A stretch of 64,000 nt of DNA. It comes from an uncultured Nitrospiraceae bacterium (lineage in GTDB: Bacteria > Nitrospirota > Nitrospiria > Nitrospirales > Nitrospiraceae). This document shows positions 58,185-64,000 of this stretch, piece by piece (position 1 is the stretch's first letter; each line of letters starts with the position of its first letter). The translations under genes and the position numbers were made by a program. The stretch is from assembly GCA_963730935.1 (NCBI GenBank), contig CAVSTP010000004.1, positions 256,001 to 320,000 of the forward strand, written 5' to 3'. Under the pieces are notes generated by a model. That model was not told the origin of the DNA and made no database searches. It was given only the letters and a program-made list of their open reading frames with translations.

Positions 58185-61100
58185 ATGCAGATCGATCAAC
58201 TACTTCAGGAACGCATCGTCATCCTTGATGGCGCCATGGGTACCATGATTCAGCAGAGGCGGCTGGACGAGGCCGCGTTCAGAGGCGAGCGGTTCCGGGA
58301 TTGGCGGAAAGATCTCAAGGGCCACAACGATCTCCTGAATCTCACTCAACCCGCCATCATCGAGGAGATCCATCGTGAGTATCTGGAGGCCGGCGCCGAT
58401 ATCATCGAGACGAACACGTTCAATTCCCAGGCGATATCGCTCGCTGACTACCAGATGCACAGTCTGGGCTACGAGCTCTCGAAAGCCGGCGCTGAATGTG
58501 CCCGGCGTGCCGTCGAGGCAGTCCGGGCCGCCCAGCCGGAACGCCGGTGTTTCGTGGCGGGCGCCATCGGTCCGACGACCAAAACCTCGTCGATCTCGAC
58601 GGATGTGAACAATCCCGGCGCCCGTGGAACGAACTACGACGAATTGGTCGCAGCGTATACCGACCAGGCACGGGGCCTGTTAGACGGCGGCGCCGACCTG
58701 CTGCTCGTGGAAACCATTTTCGACACGCTCAACGCCAAGGCAGCGTTCTTTGCCATCCAACAGCTGTTTGCCTCTGGCGCGCGACGCGTACCCATCATGG
58801 CCTCCGTGACGTTCATTCAAGCCGGCAGTAACCGCGGGGTCACGGGACAGACCGTCGAAGCCTTCTGGAATTCAATCTCGCACGTCCCGCTGCTCAGCGT
58901 CGGCATGAATTGCGCTCTCGGCCCGAAAGAAATGCGGCCGCTCATTGAAGAGCTGTCGGGGATCGCGCCGGTCTATGTGAGCGCGCATCCGAACGCCGGG
59001 TTGCCGAATCCGCTGCTGCCGACGGGTTTCCCGGAAACTCCGGACACCTTGGCTCCACAACTCCGTGAGTGGGCCCAGAACGGCTGGCTCAACATCCTCG
59101 GCGGATGCTGTGGCACCACGCCGGCGCACATCAAGAGTCTGGCCGAGGCGGTTCGAGACATAGGGCCGCGGAGGATTCCGGCCGTGGAACCTTATACCCG
59201 GCTGAGCGGGCTCGAGGCGGTCACGATTCGTCCCGATGCCAATTTCGTGAACATCGGTGAGCGGACCAATGTAACCGGTTCGCCGGCATTTGCGAAGCTC
59301 ATCCTGCAGGGCAAGTATGACGACGCCCTGTCGGTGGCGCGGCAACAAGTAGAAGGCGGAGCCCAGATCATCGACATCAACATGGATGAGGGCATGTTGG
59401 ATTCGAAGGCTGCGATGGAGAAATTCCTTCGCCTCGTCGCCGCCGAACCGGATATCTGCAAGGTCCCTATCATGGTCGACAGCTCCAAATGGGAGGTGCT
59501 GGAGACAGGGCTCAAGAACATCCAAGGCAAGGCGGTCGTCAACAGCATCAGCTTGAAGGAAGGCGAGGGTAAGTTCATCGAGCAGGCCACCTTGGTTCGG
59601 CGGTATGGGGCGGCCGTGGTCGTGATGGCGTTCGACGAAAAAGGCCAGGCCGACAACCTCGAGCGCAAGAAGGAAATTTGCGCCAGATCGTACAAGATTC
59701 TCACGGAACAGGTCGGCTTCAGTCCGACCGATATCATTTTTGATCCCAACATCCTGACGGTGGCGACCGGGATGGAGGAGCACAACGATTATGCACTGAA
59801 TTTTATCGAGGCGACGAGGTGGATCAAGCAACACTTGCCGGGCGCCAAGGTCAGCGGCGGCATCAGCAACATTTCGTTCTCGTTCCGCGGCAACAACGTC
59901 GTGCGCGAAGCGATGCACTCGGCCTTCCTCTATCATGCCATCAGGGCCGGTCTCGACATGGGTATCGTGAATGCCGGCCAACTGGCCGTCTATGAAGAGA
60001 TCCCAAAGGACTTGCTTGAGCTCGTGGAGGATGTGCTGCTGAACCGCCGTCCGGATTCAACAGAACGTCTGGTGGCCTTCGCAGAAACCGTCAAACGTCA
60101 GGACAAGACCGTCATCAAGGACGATGAATGGCGCAAGGGGACCGTCGAAGAACGGCTATCGCACGCCTTGGTCAGAGGTATCACGGACTACATTGACCAA
60201 GACACGGAAGAGGCACGGCTAAAGTATCCGAAGCCGCTCAGGGTGATCGAAGGTCCCCTTATGGCAGGGATGAACATCGTGGGCGATCTGTTCGGATCGG
60301 GCAAGATGTTTCTGCCGCAGGTCGTGAAAAGCGCCCGTGTGATGAAGAAGGCCGTCGCCTATTTGCTGCCGTTCATGGAAGAAGAAAAGAAACGGCTGGG
60401 CGGGTACCAATCACAAGGCAGGGTCGTTCTCGCCACCGTGAAGGGAGACGTTCACGACATCGGGAAGAACATCGTCGGCGTCGTCCTCGGCTGCAACAAC
60501 TATGAGGTCATCGATCTGGGCGTGATGGTGCCGTGTGAGCACATTCTGGCCGCTGCCCGCGACCAGAAGGCGGACATCGTCGGCTTGAGCGGGCTCATTA
60601 CGCCGTCGCTCGACGAAATGGTGCATGTGGCCAAGGAGATGACGCGCGAAGGATTCGACGTCCCCCTCCTGATCGGCGGGGCGACGACCAGTAAAGCACA
60701 TACGGCCGTCAAGATCGCGCCGTCCTATGCGCCATCTGTCATCCATGTGCTGGACGCCTCACGCGCCGTCGGGGTGGTCGGCAACCTCATGAATCGAGAG
60801 CAGAAGGGCGCCTTCGTGCAGGGGATACGGGATGACTACGATCGTGTCCGGCAGGCGCATCAGGATCGGGAAGCCAGACCGGTGCTTCCCCTGGCGGAAG
60901 CCCGTGCCCGCCAGTTGGTTTCCGACTGGAGGGCTCTCGAGATTCCTGAGCCAGAAGGACTTGGGACTCACGTGATCGCCGATCAGCCGCTCGCCGACCT
61001 GCTGCCCTACATCGATTGGTCTCCGTTTTTCCACACGTGGGAATTGAAAGGGCGCTATCCGACAATTTTTGAACACCCGACAATCGGTGCGAAGGCGAAG

Positions 61101-61862
61101 GAGCTTTTTGCCGATGCTCAGCAGCTGCTCGCCCGGATCGTCGAGGAGAAGTTGTTGACCGCAAAAGGGGTCTATGGGTTCTTCGCCGCCTGCAGCATCG
61201 GTGACGACATCGAAGTGTATGCGGATGCTTCGAGAAAGGCCCCTCTGGCGACCATTCATACGTTGCGGCAGCAGGGAGAAAAACCCCAAGGCCAGCCCAA
61301 TCTTGCGCTGGCCGATTACGTCGCGCCTCAATCGTCCGGACGAACGGACCATGTCGGGGCCTTTGCCGTCACCACGGGTATCCGGTTGGATGAGCTTTGC
61401 CGCCACTTCGATCAGGATCACGACGATTACAATTCGATCATGGCCAAGGCGCTGGCAGACCGTTTGGCCGAGGCGTTCGCCGAATACCTCCACAAACGAG
61501 TCCGGGAGGAATGGAGGTACGGCAGGCTGGAGCAGTTGACTAACGAGGATCTGATCCGGGAAAAGTATCGGGGGATTCGCCCTGCGCCGGGATATCCGGC
61601 TTGTCCGGACCATACCGAAAAGCGGACGCTGTTCGACCTGTTACAGGTTGAACGGCATACGGGTATTGTCCTGACCGAGAGTTTCGCGATGCTGCCGGCC
61701 GCCGCCGTGAGCGGATGGTATTTTGCACATCCAGAGGCAAAGTATTTTGCCGTGGGAAAGATCGGCAGGGATCAAGTGGAAGACTATGCCCACCGGAAGG
61801 GAATGGACCTTCGAACGATCGAACGCTGGCTTTCGCCCAACCTGAACTACGAGCCCCGGTGA
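58185..61862 (+). CDS. metH: Cobalamin-dependent methionine synthase
   Basis: [47 protein letters not shown]; 1225 aa. Confidence 0.99.
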   Translation: MQIDQLLQERIVILDGAMGTMIQQRRLDEAAFRGERFRDWRKDLKGHNDLLNLTQPAIIEEIHREYLEAGADIIETNTFNSQAISLADYQMHSLGYELSKAGAECARRAVEAVRAAQPERRCFVAGAIGPTTKTSSISTDVNNPGARGTNYDELVAAYTDQARGLLDGGADLLLVETIFDTLNAKAAFFAIQQLFASGARRVPIMASVTFIQAGSNRGVTGQTVEAFWNSISHVPLLSVGMNCALGPKEMRPLIEELSGIAPVYVSAHPNAGLPNPLLPTGFPETPDTLAPQLREWAQNGWLNILGGCCGTTPAHIKSLAEAVRDIGPRRIPAVEPYTRLSGLEAVTIRPDANFVNIGERTNVTGSPAFAKLILQGKYDDALSVARQQVEGGAQIIDINMDEGMLDSKAAMEKFLRLVAAEPDICKVPIMVDSSKWEVLETGLKNIQGKAVVNSISLKEGEGKFIEQATLVRRYGAAVVVMAFDEKGQADNLERKKEICARSYKILTEQVGFSPTDIIFDPNILTVATGMEEHNDYALNFIEATRWIKQHLPGAKVSGGISNISFSFRGNNVVREAMHSAFLYHAIRAGLDMGIVNAGQLAVYEEIPKDLLELVEDVLLNRRPDSTERLVAFAETVKRQDKTVIKDDEWRKGTVEERLSHALVRGITDYIDQDTEEARLKYPKPLRVIEGPLMAGMNIVGDLFGSGKMFLPQVVKSARVMKKAVAYLLPFMEEEKKRLGGYQSQGRVVLATVKGDVHDIGKNIVGVVLGCNNYEVIDLGVMVPCEHILAAARDQKADIVGLSGLITPSLDEMVHVAKEMTREGFDVPLLIGGATTSKAHTAVKIAPSYAPSVIHVLDASRAVGVVGNLMNREQKGAFVQGIRDDYDRVRQAHQDREARPVLPLAEARARQLVSDWRALEIPEPEGLGTHVIADQPLADLLPYIDWSPFFHTWELKGRYPTIFEHPTIGAKAKELFADAQQLLARIVEEKLLTAKGVYGFFAACSIGDDIEVYADASRKAPLATIHTLRQQGEKPQGQPNLALADYVAPQSSGRTDHVGAFAVTTGIRLDELCRHFDQDHDDYNSIMAKALADRLAEAFAEYLHKRVREEWRYGRLEQLTNEDLIREKYRGIRPAPGYPACPDHTEKRTLFDLLQVERHTGIVLTESFAMLPAAAVSGWYFAHPEAKYFAVGKIGRDQVEDYAHRKGMDLRTIERWLSPNLNYEPR

Positions 61863-61869
61863 TGCGCTC

Positions 61870-62379
61870 TTAGGAAACTTCCGCCAGAAGTGGTTGGTTG
61901 ACCGGCTTTCCAATGGCCGCCGTCAGCGCCGATTTTAACAGTCGAAAACGGTCCTCCGCCCAGCGATTAAAGGTATCCGAGTCCTGGAAGACCAGATCCC
62001 AGGCTTTTGCGGCATCCAGCATTAAGAGTTGATGCGGTTGCCCTTCTGCAGGGAAATACACGACGATAACCGCGGACTTTCCAGTCAGGCTGATGTCGGT
62101 GAACACGTGCAGCATGGCGCCGTGTGGCAGGTTGACTTCGCGTGACGCCGCTTCGGCCAGCGGCTGGTACATGCGGTGAAGGAACTGCGATGTGACTTCA
62201 TACGCATTGTTGGTGCCGAGCAGACGCGGATTCGGGGATTCGCCGAAGAGATTTTCTGTGAGATACGTGGCAGCTTCCCAGGTCGGCATCACGCCGGACG
62301 TCACGAGGGCTTCGCACAGATAGGCGATCCAGTTTCTCGTAATTCCAGCTTTCTTCACGGACGCAGCTTTTTTGGCCAT
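61870..62379 (-). CDS. Hypothetical protein
   Basis: AAGGA Shine-Dalgarno; 169 aa; convergent with metH. Confidence 0.7.
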   Translation of the reverse strand: MAKKAASVKKAGITRNWIAYLCEALVTSGVMPTWEAATYLTENLFGESPNPRLLGTNNAYEVTSQFLHRMYQPLAEAASREVNLPHGAMLHVFTDISLTGKSAVIVVYFPAEGQPHQLLMLDAAKAWDLVFQDSDTFNRWAEDRFRLLKSALTAAIGKPVNQPLLAEVS

Positions 62380-62526
62380 GATCGTGGTCCTTTCGATGCG
62401 AGCGCGACGGCCTTCCTGGTGAGAGACGCCCCTGTCGACTCATTGCAGTATAGCGACCGCCCGAGGACAGTCAACGAAATGCAACAAATGATGCGGCGTC
62501 TGTCGCGTGGAGCGCTGAGTGCAGGA

Positions 62527-63669
62527 CTACACTTGGCGGGGCAGGCCCGAACTTATGCGGTCGGCATACTGCTCGTGGATGCGCTTGATATCCCCAAGCG
62601 AGGCCAGGAAGACGTCGAGCAGCTCGGGATCGAAATGTTCTGCCCGATGCTTGCTCATCAAATCGACGGCGTGATTGAAGTCGAACGCCGGCTTGTACAC
62701 CCGTGCGGTTGTGAGGGCATCGAAGGCGTCCGCGATTGCGGCGATGCGGCCCTCGATCGGGATCGCTTCGCCTTTCAACTTACGAGGATAGCCGCTGCCG
62801 TCCCACCGCTCATGATGGGTGAGCGCAATAGTCGCGGCCACATTGAGAATTTCCGCATCTGATCCGGCCAGAATGCGGTATCCGATTTCCGCATGCTGGG
62901 CGATCACGTTGAATTCGTCTTGCGTGAATTTCCCCGGTTTCAGCAACACATGGTCCGGCGTGCCGATCTTGCCGATATCGTGCATAGGGCTGGCCGTCCG
63001 AATCAAATCGCAGCGCTCGCTCGAGAGCCCATAACGGCGGGCCAACAACTCACAGTAATGGCTCATCCGTTGAATGTGCTGAGCCGTGGCGCTGTCACGG
63101 TATTCCGCCGCAATCGCGAGCCGTTGAATCGTTTCTTCCCGGGAGAGTCGTAACTCCTTCTCACTCCGTTCAAGCCACTCCAACGCCTGCTGCAACGCCA
63201 TTGTTCTGGTTCGGACGACGTCTTCGAGGTTGTCACGGTGCAGGCGGCTTTCCATTTCGAGACGGCGGCGACGCAAGGCGTTGGCGACGTTGATGAGGAC
63301 TTCATTGGCTTCGAACGGCTTGATGATGTACCCGAAGGCGCCCATGTCGAGCGCCGCGTTGGCCAGCAGCGGGCTGTCGAGGCCGGTGACCATGATGGCG
63401 GCGGTATGGGGATGCTGCCGGAAGGTGTGGCGGACCAAGTCCATGCCAGATTCCCCTGGCATGTTTACATCGCACAGCACCAACGCAAATGGCGTTTCAT
63501 CGAGCCTCAGCCGGGCCTCCCTCGCATCTGCGGCAAGCACCACCTCATAGCCGTGCGATTGCAGCATATAGCCGAGCAGACGGCGGATCGGCTCTTCGTC
63601 ATCGACAATCAATACCCGTTTGAGTTCCAGGAGAGCTTGCTGGCTGGGGCGATCGAGCAGCAACGTCAT
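62527..63669 (-). CDS. Response regulator with HD-GYP c-di-GMP phosphodiesterase domain
   Basis: REC (IVDDE, CDVNMP, KPF); HDIGKIG, HHERWDGSGYP, IADAFDALT. Confidence 0.95.
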   Translation of the reverse strand: MTLLLDRPSQQALLELKRVLIVDDEEPIRRLLGYMLQSHGYEVVLAADAREARLRLDETPFALVLCDVNMPGESGMDLVRHTFRQHPHTAAIMVTGLDSPLLANAALDMGAFGYIIKPFEANEVLINVANALRRRRLEMESRLHRDNLEDVVRTRTMALQQALEWLERSEKELRLSREETIQRLAIAAEYRDSATAQHIQRMSHYCELLARRYGLSSERCDLIRTASPMHDIGKIGTPDHVLLKPGKFTQDEFNVIAQHAEIGYRILAGSDAEILNVAATIALTHHERWDGSGYPRKLKGEAIPIEGRIAAIADAFDALTTARVYKPAFDFNHAVDLMSKHRAEHFDPELLDVFLASLGDIKRIHEQYADRISSGLPRQV

Positions 63670-63752
63670 AGGCGAAGACTCTATCGGTTCAATGAGGTTC
63701 GATGCGCGTTGTCGGTTTGGCTTCGATCGTCTTGGAAGACTCTAAAACGGGG

Positions 63753-63768
63753 TGCAGCTTTTATGCCA
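63753..63768 (-). promoter_or_regulatory. Possible sigma-54 promoter for the HD-GYP gene
   Basis: TGGCATAAAAGCTGCA (GG-N10-GC) 84 bp upstream of the start. Confidence 0.45.
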
Positions 63769-64000
63769 CTAATTAATGATTTTCTGCTGAGTTGCAGGGC
63801 CGTAAAAAGTGCAGTGACGGTCTATTCACTCGCGGCAATATTATCCATATCAGGAGATGGTTTTGGCGTCCGAAGTATTCGTGTGAACAGCCAAGTGAGT
63901 GCCTGCAACCGATGGTAGGCATCCTAGGGGACACTGTACAGAATTCGACCGTGTGCCACGAGATTGTACACCGATCGCATTCGGAGCCGTTACGTACAAT

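Noticed and set aside
58872..59981. Long antisense ORFs (also 25727-26611, 26931-27854, 32912-33919, 36049-36933, 53851-54774)
   Set aside because: Shadow frames of well-supported genes in GC-rich DNA, with no motifs.

Overview
Bacterial chromosomal window. Gene content and the style of the hypothetical proteins suggest Nitrospira, which is an inference only. The left third (about 0.8-20.9 kb) is an accessory region hanging off an intact tRNA-Arg(ACG) at 20861-20936 (minus strand). It contains a 47-bp duplicate of the tRNA 3' end, a third copy of the att core, 12-bp arm-type repeats at conserved spacings, a degenerate fragment of a second tRNA, Zn-ribbon microproteins, PilZ and receiver remnants, an XRE-cupin regulator, an SGNH hydrolase, a GT4-MFS-BON-MFS-debranching-enzyme operon and a secreted heme peroxidase. 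No integrase is present. The rest looks like core genome: glgC, a CzcCBA-type RND pump, def, an ABC exporter, a double ubiquitin-like sulfur-carrier operon (ThiS-CysK-E1-ThrC-like-MoaD-NIL-E1-JAB), a PLD/monooxygenase/NTase/TPM operon, clpS, cax, hemW, an HO-like diiron protein, metH and a REC-HD-GYP protein. Three observations stand out. (1) A Ski2/HelY-type helicase is split into two clean genes in permuted order, with the C-half transcribed first. (2) The tRNA-anchored att array has no integrase. (3) The sulfur relay is duplicated and includes a probable homocysteine-forming ThrC paralog. All calls come from motif recognition by eye; no database searches were run.
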